Source: an uncultured Hyphomicrobiales bacterium | Lineage (GTDB): Bacteria > Bacteroidota > Ignavibacteria > Kapaibacteriales > UBA2268 | Assembly (NCBI GenBank): GCA_964645005.1 | Contig: CAZXYS010000001.1 | Span: 158,645-222,644, forward strand | Length of the DNA: 64,000 nt | Direction: 5' to 3' | In this document: positions 26,186 to 36,806 of the stretch, one piece after another | Position numbering within the stretch: the first letter of the stretch is position 1 | Layout of the letters: each line of letters begins with the position of its first letter | Translations under genes and position numbers: made by a program | The notes under the pieces: model-generated | Seen by the model: only the letters and a program-made list of their open reading frames with translations | The model's database searches: none | What the model was told of the DNA's origin: nothing

Positions 26186-29095
26186 CTACTTCAGCACATT
26201 GAAAGGCATGATATATGTATCTTTCATTGTTCTGAAGCGGACGAAATATCTGCCGGAGGATAAATTTTTAGTAGAGTATTGCTCTCTGTGAACATCAGGA
26301 AGAAATTGTTTATTGTTATAGACATTATCAATTGTCCTGCCTTTTATGTCAATAATGTCCAGATTTATTTTGGAACCGTCGGAAAGCCTGAACTCAATGG
26401 TAATTTCATCATTATAAGCCGGGTTGGGATAGATCTTCACAAGAGAATCTTTTTCGGGGATGGAACTGAAGTTGCCTTCTGCTATATTGAACATTTTGGC
26501 TGTTTCGCGGGAATTTTTTGCAGCTTCTCTTAACTCATCAATGTCATTGCCTGCGAAAAGACTGAATGCTACCCTAATTGTGTCCTGTTCGCGCATACGT
26601 ATAGGACCTGCACCGATAACCATTGAGGCATCAGTAATACCCGATTCCCTGCGGGCTATTCCTCCTGAAAGCATACGCCATTTTTCAGCAATAGTGAAAC
26701 CATCCCAAACGCCCGGATTTTCTTCGGAAGAACCGTCATTGTCGATAGCAAAGAAATTCAAGTCCTGTGAGGATAGCAGTAAAACTCCCGCATAGGGAAG
26801 TGAATCAAGCTTTACATTTTTTATGAAGCCGAAAAGCTCAGTATTTTCGAAATATACTTTGTTATCTTTTCCCGAGGGACCCAGATCCCAGTCGAAGTAA
26901 AGCCCAGCATAAAGAGAATCGAAAAACTCACCTGAGGTGTTTACAATATCATAAATCGTAATGATAAAATCCCTTCTGCCGGCATCATTGAACTGGTAAA
27001 TCTTTTGCATCACTTTGACGCCCACCTCCGAGGTGTCATTGCTCTGGTCGTGGTAATAACCGGTTCCTTCCGTGACGGCATGTATGCCCGGTTTTTGCAG
27101 TTCGAAAAGACTGTCCGGCATGAAATAGCGATCCTTGTGCATTTGATAAGCGCCCCGGGCTGCGTTTGAAACTCTGTCTTTAGCGATACCGATCATCAGG
27201 GAACCTTCGTAAAGTAGATTTGAACTGCCTTTATAGGTAAAACCTTCACCCTGGAAATTATCCGGATAGTCATTGTAGCCAATATTGCCAACACTGTTGA
27301 ACGTGGTTTTTATATGATTTTCTTTAACAGTACGATACGAAGGGCGCACAATGAATGATACAATGTGCCTTCCGACTTCTCCATTTTCATCGGAAACTTT
27401 TAACATTACCTGGTATTCATAATCCAGCGGCAGCCATTCGGGAAGAACAAAACTAATAGGCTGCTCAGGTGAAATGGTGTCACCGGTACCCATATCTCCC
27501 AGCATGATGCCACTGTTGATAAATTCCGGTTCGAATGGAGAAACAATATTGGATTCAATTCTGGCATCCTTGATCGGCGCCAATACATTCATTGCCGAGA
27601 GCTTTATCTCGACTTTTTCTTGAACATCAATGATCTCATCGCCGTCTTCTTCGATTATTTCATTTCTTACAATTATAGCGGAGCGGGCGTCTTTATCAGT
27701 GACCGCTCTGAGAGCATTGACTCTGCCGAAACCGATTTTGCCTTTGTAGCTTAAATTCAAACTGTCGATGTCATCGGCGGTGGCTTTTATCTGCTCTCCG
27801 ATTTGCAGAGGGCTGTAATCAGGGAAATTCAATTTTACCATAGCTGCTACGCCGGCAGTGACGGGTGAAGCCATGGAAGTTCCGCTCAAATAATCATAGG
27901 ATGAGTCCTGAATTTCGGGATTATAAGGAATTGTGGAATAAATATCAACTCCCGGCGCTGTTACATCGACAGAGGAGTGGTAATTTGAAAATGCTGCTTT
28001 TGTATCATTTTTGTCAACAGCAGCAATGGATAAAACATTATTATAAGCTGCCGGGTAAAACCCCTGCTCCTGCGCCTCGTTGCCGGCAGCAGCAACAACT
28101 ACGGCGCCCATATCTTCCACAGCGGATATGATTTCCTGTTCTGCTTCCGAGCGGTTTGTTCCGCCCCATGAACAATTTATTACGTCCGCACCTGCTATTC
28201 CAGCGTAAAGTATGCCTTCATAAGAATTATATACTGATGTGCTGAATGAATTATCGGAACCTATCTTAACTGCTAAAATTTTCGTATTGATAGCAACTCC
28301 GGCAATACCCACTCCATTATCAGCTATTGCGGCGGCAGTGCCGGCAACGTGTGTGCCGTGGATATGCCCCGGTGATGGGTCATTATCCTGACCTGTTTCG
28401 GATGTTGAGCTAAAGAAATCCCAGCCGCGCCAATCATCAACAAAACCGTTATCATCGTCGTCGATGCCGTTTGATTGTTTGTCATTCCCTGAATTATCCT
28501 TGCCATATTCGCCGGGATTTACATATATGTTTTCTGCCAGATCTTCATGATCGAAATATACGCCGGTATCGACCACTCCCAATATAACTTTTTGAGTGGA
28601 ATCGAGGTGTTCCCAAGCTTCGAAAGAATTTACCTTGCCCAAATAATATTGCATCTGAATTCCGGGGTCATTGGGGATGGCTGCGATATGTCTTTCAGGC
28701 ATGGGTTCGGCATATTCTATCCCGGGTATAGTAGGTATCTTTCTTGCTGCCGCTGCGGGATCAATTGGGGAATCGAACTCCACCAGGTAAATCCTTGATA
28801 AATTATCGTATATATTATTAAATTTATTTCTGGTTGAGAGCAGATGGCTCTGACGCCTTTTACTGATAGTTTTCAAAATGTTGTTATCTATCAGGCGGTT
28901 AGCCTTGTGCTCCCCTAATAATTGCTGAAATTCGGGATAATATTTATCCTGTTCGGTTTTATAAGCTCTTTGCATGAAATCTGAGCTTCTCTCAAATTTA
29001 ACAATTAATTTGCCCTGATAATATCCGGCAAGAACATTGTTTGAAGTGAATGTCAGCATTAAAGCTAAGAAAACAAGAATAAATTTTTTGGTCAT
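26186..29095 (-). CDS. subtilisin-like S8 serine peptidase with T9SS C-terminal sorting domain
   Basis: Signal peptide. Catalytic triad contexts are GVVDTGV (Asp), HGTHVAGTAAA (His) and GTSMASPVTAGVAAM (Ser). The C-terminus KIYPNPAYNDEITIEF...GRYFVRFRTMKDTYIMPFNVLK is a Por/T9SS CTD. Confidence 0.8.
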   Translation of the reverse strand: MTKKFILVFLALMLTFTSNNVLAGYYQGKLIVKFERSSDFMQRAYKTEQDKYYPEFQQLLGEHKANRLIDNNILKTISKRRQSHLLSTRNKFNNIYDNLSRIYLVEFDSPIDPAAAARKIPTIPGIEYAEPMPERHIAAIPNDPGIQMQYYLGKVNSFEAWEHLDSTQKVILGVVDTGVYFDHEDLAENIYVNPGEYGKDNSGNDKQSNGIDDDDNGFVDDWRGWDFFSSTSETGQDNDPSPGHIHGTHVAGTAAAIADNGVGIAGVAINTKILAVKIGSDNSFSTSVYNSYEGILYAGIAGADVINCSWGGTNRSEAEQEIISAVEDMGAVVVAAAGNEAQEQGFYPAAYNNVLSIAAVDKNDTKAAFSNYHSSVDVTAPGVDIYSTIPYNPEIQDSSYDYLSGTSMASPVTAGVAAMVKLNFPDYSPLQIGEQIKATADDIDSLNLSYKGKIGFGRVNALRAVTDKDARSAIIVRNEIIEEDGDEIIDVQEKVEIKLSAMNVLAPIKDARIESNIVSPFEPEFINSGIMLGDMGTGDTISPEQPISFVLPEWLPLDYEYQVMLKVSDENGEVGRHIVSFIVRPSYRTVKENHIKTTFNSVGNIGYNDYPDNFQGEGFTYKGSSNLLYEGSLMIGIAKDRVSNAARGAYQMHKDRYFMPDSLFELQKPGIHAVTEGTGYYHDQSNDTSEVGVKVMQKIYQFNDAGRRDFIITIYDIVNTSGEFFDSLYAGLYFDWDLGPSGKDNKVYFENTELFGFIKNVKLDSLPYAGVLLLSSQDLNFFAIDNDGSSEENPGVWDGFTIAEKWRMLSGGIARRESGITDASMVIGAGPIRMREQDTIRVAFSLFAGNDIDELREAAKNSRETAKMFNIAEGNFSSIPEKDSLVKIYPNPAYNDEITIEFRLSDGSKINLDIIDIKGRTIDNVYNNKQFLPDVHREQYSTKNLSSGRYFVRFRTMKDTYIMPFNVLK

Positions 29096-29243
29096 GATCT
29101 ATCCGTATTTTTTGTTTTCAGATTTCTATAACTAACACATAATAATATGCTAAAGTTACTAATAAAATAAAATTCGATTAAATTTTCTTTCTAAAACGGA
29201 TAAATTCCCGTAAAAGTATTTGTCCCGCATTTTTATAGATTCA

Positions 29244-30791
29244 TCAATCCTCATATAAATAATGAGTTCCCATATTATGCCGGGTTTCAACGGTGGAATT
29301 AGTTACGGCTATGGCAGTTTGAATCCCATTTCTTAACTCAATAATGGAACGTGTCATCTTTGCTTTTCTATAGAATTCCTCAATTTCTGTTTGCAGGTGT
29401 CTGAAAAGAGTTTGCGCCCGGTGCAGTCTTTTTTTGGTTCTGACCAAGCCTACATAGTTCCACATAGTGCTCCTGATGGTATACCAGTCCTGAGCTATTA
29501 ATGCCGGGTCAATCGTTTCGGTTTCAACTTCCCAGGGGTAAATTTCCGGATAATAGTCATCATCTTTTGTTTTTTCTGCGGCATTCTTTCCAGCCATAAA
29601 ACCCCAGACAACACTTTCCAGCAGGGATGATGAAGCCAGTCTGTTAGCTCCGTGAACTCCCGTACAAGAAGCCTCACCAACAGCGTAAAGCCTTTGCAGT
29701 GAAGTTCTGCCAACAAGACTGACGCCGACTCCGCCGCAGGAATAATGCGCTGCCGGGACAACGGGAATAGGTCTTTCGGTGATGTCAATGCCGGCTTTTA
29801 GACAATGTTCGTAAATTGTTGGGAAACGACCTTTTATCCATTCATGATCTTTGAATGAAATATCCAGGTATACACAGGGGTGATCGGTATCAAGCATTGT
29901 TTCATGAATACTTCGCGATACTATATCGCGAGGCGCCAATGAGCCGAGTTCATGGTATTTTTTCATGAACTCTTCACCATTCTTATCAATTAATACAGCG
30001 CCTTCTCCGCGCATGGCTTCGGAAATCAGGAATCTTTCACCTTTGCTATAAAAAGTTGTGGGATGGAACTGAATATATTGAAGATTGAACACCCTTGCCC
30101 CTGCGCGCCAGGTCAAAGCGATTCCATCTCCGGTAGATTCCTTGGGATTAGTAGTATGCAAGAATATATTGCCCAATCCGCCGGTAGCGAGAATAGTCCG
30201 GGAAGCATAAAAAGGTATCACTTCACCGGACTCATTATTCAGTATTAATGCACCAAAGCAAGCCGGCTTTTTGTAAATATCCAGATTATTAGTGGAATGG
30301 TGGGACAGCGTCATCAGATCAACAACCGTACGAGCTGTTTTTATCTCGATATTCGGATGTTCTTTTAAAACATCAATGACTGTTCTTTGAATGATCTCGC
30401 CGGTTCTATCCTTCGAGTGAATGATTCTCGGTTCGGAGTGTGCCCCCTCGGCGGTCAGATCGAGCTTATCGCCCTTCTTCTTATCGAAATCGACTCTGCA
30501 TCTATCGATAAGAAATTCCTTGACGAGAGCAGGTCCATAAGCAGAAACCTGATCGACAGCCGGTTCCCAGCTATGCCCGGCGCCGGCTTCCATAATATCT
30601 TTCTTTAGCTTTTCGGTGGAATCGGTATCCCCTTTGTAAATGATACCACCCTGCGCCCAGGGCGTATTCCCGCTGAGGATTTCGTCGGTCTTTGTGATCA
30701 TAGTCACTTTTTTGCCGAGGTCTGCGGCGGTGATAGCCGCGATGGAACCTGCAAGCCCGGTTCCGAGAATAAGTATATCTGTCTTAATCAT
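29244..30791 (-). CDS. nadB: L-aspartate oxidase
   Basis: N-terminal FAD motif DILILGTGLAGSIAA. Succinate DH/fumarate reductase flavoprotein-family motifs: AQGGI, HYSCGGV, and GLYAVGE-type (AVGEASCTGVHGANRLASSSLLE). A length of 515 aa fits NadB rather than SdhA/FrdA (about 600 aa). Confidence 0.7.
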   Translation of the reverse strand: MIKTDILILGTGLAGSIAAITAADLGKKVTMITKTDEILSGNTPWAQGGIIYKGDTDSTEKLKKDIMEAGAGHSWEPAVDQVSAYGPALVKEFLIDRCRVDFDKKKGDKLDLTAEGAHSEPRIIHSKDRTGEIIQRTVIDVLKEHPNIEIKTARTVVDLMTLSHHSTNNLDIYKKPACFGALILNNESGEVIPFYASRTILATGGLGNIFLHTTNPKESTGDGIALTWRAGARVFNLQYIQFHPTTFYSKGERFLISEAMRGEGAVLIDKNGEEFMKKYHELGSLAPRDIVSRSIHETMLDTDHPCVYLDISFKDHEWIKGRFPTIYEHCLKAGIDITERPIPVVPAAHYSCGGVGVSLVGRTSLQRLYAVGEASCTGVHGANRLASSSLLESVVWGFMAGKNAAEKTKDDDYYPEIYPWEVETETIDPALIAQDWYTIRSTMWNYVGLVRTKKRLHRAQTLFRHLQTEIEEFYRKAKMTRSIIELRNGIQTAIAVTNSTVETRHNMGTHYLYED

Positions 30792-31018
30792 TTGTCATAA
30801 TAATATTCTGATAAAAGTATAATATAACGAAAGTAAATTATAGTTCCAATTTTTAGGCTTTGATACAGTAAAATTTCAAAATTAGAACTGTTCGATGTTA
30901 ATCTTGTATCTTTTGTGCAAAATTTCTGACAATGATATCGCTTTTGACCATTTTTCATTAAAAATCCCCTCCTGTTAGCAGAAGGGGATTATTTGGGGGG
31001 TAAAAAGTAAATAAAGTT

Positions 31019-32803
31019 TTAATCGTTCATTTTGTCTTTTAATTTATTCATATCCTGGTCCGAAAGCATGTCGCCCAGTGTAAATGCAGTATCACCTTTA
31101 GCGCTTTCCGACTGTTTTTCTTTTTTTCCGCTTTTTCTGGGTTTCTCGTGGCGTTGCTGTTGCAATTCTTCATCAATCTTCGGCGCAAGTATCAATGATT
31201 CATCCTCAGGAACTATGTCAGCAACAACAACATCTAAATTATCACCAGGTGAAAATGGTATTTTCTTTCCCTCCATGATAGGTTTTATCTTGCTGCGTGG
31301 CATGAATCCGTCGAGTTCTTCATCTATGCTAATGATGCAGCCTTGCGGCACAACCTGCATTACAGTGCCGGATAGTTCTGTGTTGACAGGATATTTCTCT
31401 TTTAGTTCATCCCATGGATTGGGTTTAGTTCGCTTATGGCTCAGAGTGATATTTTGCTTTTCCGTAGATAGAGCAATAACTTCGACATCGATCTCATCGC
31501 CCGGATTCAGCACGTCAGACGGTTTCTTCAATCTTTTTGTCCAGGAAATCTCGTTTGTGCGCAGCAATCCGTCAACGCCGGGCTTAAGTTCTACATAAGC
31601 GCCGAAATCGGTCAACCTGCGAACAATTCCCTTAAGCTGGGAACCTACGGGAAATTCATCGTGAACATCTTTCCAGGGGGATTCTTCGAGTTCTTTCTTG
31701 CTAAGAGCTATTCTGTTTCTTTCTCTGTCGGCATCGACTACGACAGCTTCAATTTTATCTCCTTTTTTAACGAAATCCTTGGGATCGTCAACGTGAACCT
31801 GTGAAAGTCTCGATATGTGGATAAGACCCTCAATACCTCCGATGTCAACGAACACCCCAAAGTTGGCTATTGATGATACGGTTCCTTCTACTTTATCACC
31901 GACATTTATGTTTGTCCAGAATTCGTCTTCGAGGATTTTTTTGCGGCTGACGATGACGGTTTTCCTACCCTGTTCATCCTCTTCCAATTCATGGATCAAT
32001 ACTTTCAAAGTTGAACCAACTGCATCCTGAAGATTTTTCTCGAGAGGATTTCTTCTAAGAGAGAAATGAGAAGCAGGAAGGAACATCTGCATACCATTGT
32101 ATCTCGTTCGCAGTCCTCCTCTGATTCTGCTGACAACTTTCACCTCAATAGGTTCATTATTTTCCTTCAAAGGTTTAAGTTCTTCAAATACTTTCTCGAG
32201 GTGTTGACGACGTTCTTCAGCCGCTTTATCTTTTTCTTCGGCTTTGGTTTCTTCCTCAGTTTTGGCTTCAGTTTCAGCCTGTTCAGCTTTTTCTCCCGAT
32301 TTGGCTTCTTCGCCGGTTTCAGACTTAGGCTCTTCTTTTGACTCAGGTTGAGCTTGACTGGTTTCGGTTTTTACTTCTTCCGTTTTCTCTTCAGTTTTGC
32401 TTTCCTCTTTGCTCTCTTCTTGAGTTTCTTGTTCGGATGAAGGTTCTTCAGACTTAGTTACCTCAGTTTTTTCCTCTTCCTGAGTATCTTTTTCCATTGA
32501 AGCAGGTTCAGCTTCAGTTTTATCTTCTTCTTTGCTTTCCTGCTCGTGTTGTTGTGTTTCTTCATCAGATGTTTCAGAAGATGGGGAAGTTTCCTTTTCC
32601 GGTTGTTGTTCATCGGATTTTACGGAAGTTTCCGGAGCCTGAGAAGATTCCGGCTCCTGTGTGTTTTCTGGATGCTCAGGCGCAGTCTGAGTGTTTTCAT
32701 TAGACTGTTCTGTTTCAGAAGTTTGTTGTTGTTCTAATTCCTCTTGATTGTTATTGGAATTGTCCTGAGTTTCCTGGTTTTGTTTGAAGTCGTCGTTAGT
32801 CAT
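31019..32803 (-). CDS. S1 RNA-binding domain protein (ribosomal protein S1-like) with about 200-aa acidic low-complexity N-terminal region
   Basis: Four S1-domain repeats (e.g. GDKVEGTVSSIANFGVFVDIGGIEGLIHISRL; GSQLKGIVRRLTDFGAYVELKPGVDGLLRTNEIS) follow a highly E/Q/T/S/K-rich disordered segment. Confidence 0.6.
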   Translation of the reverse strand: MTNDDFKQNQETQDNSNNNQEELEQQQTSETEQSNENTQTAPEHPENTQEPESSQAPETSVKSDEQQPEKETSPSSETSDEETQQHEQESKEEDKTEAEPASMEKDTQEEEKTEVTKSEEPSSEQETQEESKEESKTEEKTEEVKTETSQAQPESKEEPKSETGEEAKSGEKAEQAETEAKTEEETKAEEKDKAAEERRQHLEKVFEELKPLKENNEPIEVKVVSRIRGGLRTRYNGMQMFLPASHFSLRRNPLEKNLQDAVGSTLKVLIHELEEDEQGRKTVIVSRKKILEDEFWTNINVGDKVEGTVSSIANFGVFVDIGGIEGLIHISRLSQVHVDDPKDFVKKGDKIEAVVVDADRERNRIALSKKELEESPWKDVHDEFPVGSQLKGIVRRLTDFGAYVELKPGVDGLLRTNEISWTKRLKKPSDVLNPGDEIDVEVIALSTEKQNITLSHKRTKPNPWDELKEKYPVNTELSGTVMQVVPQGCIISIDEELDGFMPRSKIKPIMEGKKIPFSPGDNLDVVVADIVPEDESLILAPKIDEELQQQRHEKPRKSGKKEKQSESAKGDTAFTLGDMLSDQDMNKLKDKMND

Positions 32804-33203
32804 ATGTTGTACCTCGAAAAAATTGGTTTTTTAAATCATTTCAACAGATACTCGTGTTGAAAACCATATTAATTAAGCATTACTTTATATATTTAATTCA
32901 TTGTGAAAAAAACAAGATTCAAAAATAAACATATTTTATTTAAATCCACAAGGTAGCAATGGAATTTTTTGACATTTTTTTATTCTGTATTATTTTGCTC
33001 TACGTTTTGCAATAATCATATCAAAAAAATTATCGTTAAGATATTTTTGTTTTATTACGTTATTTACGAATAAATAATAGATTTATTAATTTATTTTTTG
33101 AGAATATTAAATAAATATTTAACTTTGTAGTCTGTAAATTTTCGATAACGTAAATGTAAGTAAAGTTAGATTTAATTAAATATTAAACATTGGGAAATAT
33201 TCT

Positions 33204-33680
33204 ATGAGTCAGCGTCGTGTTTACGAAACAACAATAATAGTCAATGCTGCCCTTGAGGATAACGATATTAACGCTGTGGTGTCTAAAGTAACAGGCTATA
33301 TTGATAATCATGGCGGAAATATTGAAGAAATCAACAAATGGGGACGCAGAAGGCTTGCCTATCCGATAAATAAGAAATACAACGGATTTTATGTGCATAT
33401 AATTTTTGAAACAATGCCCAATACCGTTCCAATTTTAGAACGCTTCCTTGAACTTGAGGATACAATTCTTAGGCACTTAACATTACAACTTTCTGATAAA
33501 CTGCGCGAATTTCGCAGAAAACGTGACCTGGAAGGGAACAAACCTGTTTATACTGAAGATATCGAAGAAGAAAGTAATAAAAGGAACCGCTCGAACGAAA
33601 GAAATGAAGAATCAGAATCCGAGGAAAGCGAAACTGAAACAACTGAAGAAGAAAATGAAGTTTCTGAAAAAGAATCCTGA
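33204..33680 (+). CDS. rpsF: 30S ribosomal protein S6 with acidic C-terminal tail
   Basis: MSQRRVYETTIIVNAALEDNDINAVVSKVTGYIDNHGGNIEEINKWGRRRLAYPINKKYNGFYVHIIFE matches the bS6 pattern (YE...I......E..........I...GG.I.....G.R.LAY.I). An E/S-rich tail follows. Confidence 0.85.
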   Translation: MSQRRVYETTIIVNAALEDNDINAVVSKVTGYIDNHGGNIEEINKWGRRRLAYPINKKYNGFYVHIIFETMPNTVPILERFLELEDTILRHLTLQLSDKLREFRRKRDLEGNKPVYTEDIEEESNKRNRSNERNEESESEESETETTEEENEVSEKES

Positions 33681-33712
33681 AATTAAGTTGAAATTTAGAT
33701 GGAGTTAATAAA

Positions 33713-34159
33713 ATGAAAGTAATCTTACGCCAGGATGTTGAAAAATTAGGCGGCATGGGCGATATAGTCACTGTCAAAGCCGGATATGCTCGTAATTTTC
33801 TTATTCCAAGAGAGCTTGCTTATCTTGCTACTGATAAATCAATGAAAGCCCTGCAAATAGAAAAGAAAAGATATGACAAGAAGATGGCTAAGGAAAAAGT
33901 TTCAGCCGAAGCATTGGCGGATCAATTAAGCGAACTTCAGATAAGTATTGCTATGAAAGTCGGTGAAGAAGGCAGGCTTTACGGCTCAGTAACATCTCAA
34001 ATGGTAGCTCAGGAGCTCGAATTGAGGGGTTATGACATAGACAGAAGAAATATTATCATTGAAGAGCCTATTAAATCTCTCGGTGTTTTCGACGTTAAGA
34101 TAAGACTTCATCCTGAGGTTACCACTACCCTGAAAATTTGGGTGATCAGCGAAGAATAA
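33713..34159 (+). CDS. rplI: 50S ribosomal protein L9
   Basis: MKVILRQDVEKLGGMGDIVTVKAGYARNFLIPRELA is the canonical bL9 N-terminus. Length is 148 aa. Confidence 0.85.
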   Translation: MKVILRQDVEKLGGMGDIVTVKAGYARNFLIPRELAYLATDKSMKALQIEKKRYDKKMAKEKVSAEALADQLSELQISIAMKVGEEGRLYGSVTSQMVAQELELRGYDIDRRNIIIEEPIKSLGVFDVKIRLHPEVTTTLKIWVISEE

Positions 34160-34185
34160 AAATGTCAAAAAATTATTAACAGCGG

Positions 34186-34216
34186 GCGCGGCATTCAATG
34201 CCGCGCTTTTTTTTTA
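34186..34216. terminator. rho-independent terminator after rplI (shared with convergent GT2 gene)
   Basis: GCGCGGC-ATTCAAT-GCCGCGC hairpin followed by a T-run of about 10 nt. The minus-strand gene stops inside the T-run. Confidence 0.65.
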
Positions 34217-35338
34217 ACTTCTGAAAGTCTGGTCCTTCCATACAATGTTTTGATTTAAAAGGAGTATCGGCAGGAAAGGTTCCAACAGCATCAGGAAAAT
34301 TATTGTCGGGAAGACCCAGTATTTTAGTCTGTTTTGCTTGAGAACTCTCAACGGATAAAGTATAATGAAAAAATCGCCGAGCAGCCGAGTTAAAATTATA
34401 GCTATAAACCAGATCCAGGCTCCCTGCGTTATTGAAACAATCAATCCGAGCCATTGTACTGCTGTCGATACAACAAAAATAGCTGCTCTCCAGCCAAGAC
34501 CCATTCCGCCATTTGCCCAGCGATGATGTTGCCGTATGTATTCTTTGAAAGTATCAACGGGTTTCGTATACACCACTGCATCATAATCTAAAATATAGCG
34601 TGCTTCACTGCCGCTTTTGATGACTGCTTTGAGTAATGCCAGATCTTCGGTTACGGAAAATGGGATATTTCTATACCCTCCGATTTTGTCCAAAGTTTCT
34701 TTTCTTACTGATAGATTATTGCCGTAGCAGCCAAGATATTGCCCCCATCCTACGGCAGCCATTGCCATTGTATTGAGGAATATCCACTCGATAGCCTGTA
34801 TCTTTTCAAAAATCCGGATGCCGGTTACTATTACAAAAGATGGAACAAGCCCGATTTTCCTGTCTTGAAAATTTCTGACAACGGCATTTATCCAGCCTGA
34901 ACGAACAAGGCAGTCAGCGTCGGTCATAAGTATGATTTCCCCTTGGGCAATGTCCATACCAGCCTGTAAAGCGCCCGGTTTCCCTTTCAGGCTGCCGGAT
35001 TTCTGGTTTTTTTCAACATTAATTATTTTTAAATTAGAGACTTCTCCTAAAAGCTGTTGTAATATCAAGCCGGTTTTATCTGTTGACCTGTCGTTAACGG
35101 CAATGATCTCAAATTTGTCTGCAGGGTATTCATTAGCCGCAACAGACTTAACGCTGTCGGCAATATTCTCTTCTTCGTTACGTGATGGAATAATCACCGA
35201 AACATAAGGGAAATATTCACTCTCTTTTGTTTCAGAAGATAATTTTCTCATTCTCAGTGAACCGGTAATAAAAAATAAAACCCTTAGAGCATATATTAGT
35301 ACCGCACTTATTAGAATGATTGAACTTATTACCGTCAT
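34214..35338 (-). CDS. membrane-associated family 2 glycosyltransferase (processive, NodC/PgaC/cellulose-synthase-like fold)
   Basis: N-terminal TM. GT2 motifs are VSVIIPSRNEEENI, the DAD motif in ILMTDADCL, and Q..RW in QHHRWANGG. C-terminal TM helices follow. Confidence 0.7.
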   Translation of the reverse strand: MTVISSIILISAVLIYALRVLFFITGSLRMRKLSSETKESEYFPYVSVIIPSRNEEENIADSVKSVAANEYPADKFEIIAVNDRSTDKTGLILQQLLGEVSNLKIINVEKNQKSGSLKGKPGALQAGMDIAQGEIILMTDADCLVRSGWINAVVRNFQDRKIGLVPSFVIVTGIRIFEKIQAIEWIFLNTMAMAAVGWGQYLGCYGNNLSVRKETLDKIGGYRNIPFSVTEDLALLKAVIKSGSEARYILDYDAVVYTKPVDTFKEYIRQHHRWANGGMGLGWRAAIFVVSTAVQWLGLIVSITQGAWIWFIAIILTRLLGDFFIILYPLRVLKQNRLKYWVFPTIIFLMLLEPFLPILLLNQNIVWKDQTFRS

Positions 35339-35456
35339 ATCTTATCGGAAATCCGCGTGTTATTTAGCTTTTTTAGAACATTTAGTAGTAATTGAATCTA
35401 CAATTTACGAATTATTGTCTGAATAAATTGAAAAAATATGATCGCCATAAATTAAA

Positions 35457-36806
35457 ATGAATAAGAAAGTTGATTTATTAAATGGACCGATAGATTCTTC
35501 TTTAAGAAAATTTACACTGCCTCTTGCTTTCAGTTTCCTGATCCACATGCTTTATTCCTGGGTTGACACTTATTACGTGAGCAGACTTGGTACCGAAGCC
35601 ATTGCTGCAATTGGAGTAAGCGAGATATTAATTTTCATTACATTTACAATCGGCAGCGGTTTTGGGATTGGAACAGGCATTGTCGTAGCGCGTAGAATAG
35701 GGGAAGGAGATCAAAAAGAAGCCGATTCCACTGCGACTCAGGCGGTAATAGTAATGCTCATTTTTTCGACTGTGCTTGCGTTAATATTATCATTTCTGGT
35801 GAAGCCTGCATTGCATCTTATGCAATTTTCCGGAAGGTCCGGTGAGCTGGCGGAAATATATTTAAAAGCATATCTTTTAGGGCTGCCCGGAACATTTTTA
35901 ATATTTCAGATCAATGCCATTGTCCGTTCATCAGGGAATTCGGTCTTTCCAATGATTATACTGATTACCACATCAGTGCTGAATGCCGGTATATCGCCTC
36001 TGCTTGTATTTGGGATAGGTCCTTTCCCCCGTCTGGAGATACAGGGTGCAGGTATTGCCACAGCTTTATCAAATATTTCCGGTGCAGTTATTTCTCTATA
36101 TGCTGTTAAGAGAAATTATACGCCGGTGAATTTCGCATTTAAGGGATTTCGCTTTAATCCGCAAATAATACTAAGGATATTAAGAATTGGTTTCCCTGCT
36201 TCATTGCAGCTTATGACCGTAAGTATTAACAGAGTGGCTCTTATCACCCTCACCAAAACTTTCGGAACTACAGTGGTAGCTGCATATACTCTTGGATTGA
36301 AACTTGATCTGTTCGTATTGATGCCTATCTTTGCCAGCGGAACGGCGGTTGAAATAACCACCGGGCAGAATCTGGGCGCTAAGAACCTTGAAAGGGTATT
36401 TGCATATTATCGTTCAGCAATTAAACAACTTGCAATATTGATGAGTCTTCTTGGATTAATGGTCTTTTTCTTTGGGGAATATTTCGTAATGATTTTCACA
36501 AATGATAAAGAGATACTTGACACGGCGGGAATTTACCTGAAAATAGTTGCATTTGCATATCTTCCGTTTTCCGTGGGCTCCATTTCTTTACGGACAATTA
36601 ACGGAGGCGGCGGCACTTTTCGAAGTCTGTTTATAATCGTCACTATGCTTCTTATTATTCAATTACCCCTTGCGTATTTACTATCTGTGCACACTTCATT
36701 AGACGAGGCAGGCATCTGGACGGCTGCTTTGATTAGCCAGTTGTTCTATGCTATTACAGGTTATTATCAAATTAAAAAGCAAAAATGGATAAAAAAGAAT
36801 GTCTGA
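35457..36806 (+). CDS. MATE family efflux transporter
   Basis: 449 aa with 12 predicted TM helices. The two-fold repeat and the N-terminal L..P......L......VDTYYVSRLGTEAIAA motif are typical of NorM/DinF-type MATE proteins. Confidence 0.8.
   Translation: MNKKVDLLNGPIDSSLRKFTLPLAFSFLIHMLYSWVDTYYVSRLGTEAIAAIGVSEILIFITFTIGSGFGIGTGIVVARRIGEGDQKEADSTATQAVIVMLIFSTVLALILSFLVKPALHLMQFSGRSGELAEIYLKAYLLGLPGTFLIFQINAIVRSSGNSVFPMIILITTSVLNAGISPLLVFGIGPFPRLEIQGAGIATALSNISGAVISLYAVKRNYTPVNFAFKGFRFNPQIILRILRIGFPASLQLMTVSINRVALITLTKTFGTTVVAAYTLGLKLDLFVLMPIFASGTAVEITTGQNLGAKNLERVFAYYRSAIKQLAILMSLLGLMVFFFGEYFVMIFTNDKEILDTAGIYLKIVAFAYLPFSVGSISLRTINGGGGTFRSLFIIVTMLLIIQLPLAYLLSVHTSLDEAGIWTAALISQLFYAITGYYQIKKQKWIKKNV

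Noticed and set aside
31032-32737. Multiple + strand ORFs inside the S1-domain gene
   Set aside because: Antisense frames through an acidic low-complexity coding region, with no start context.
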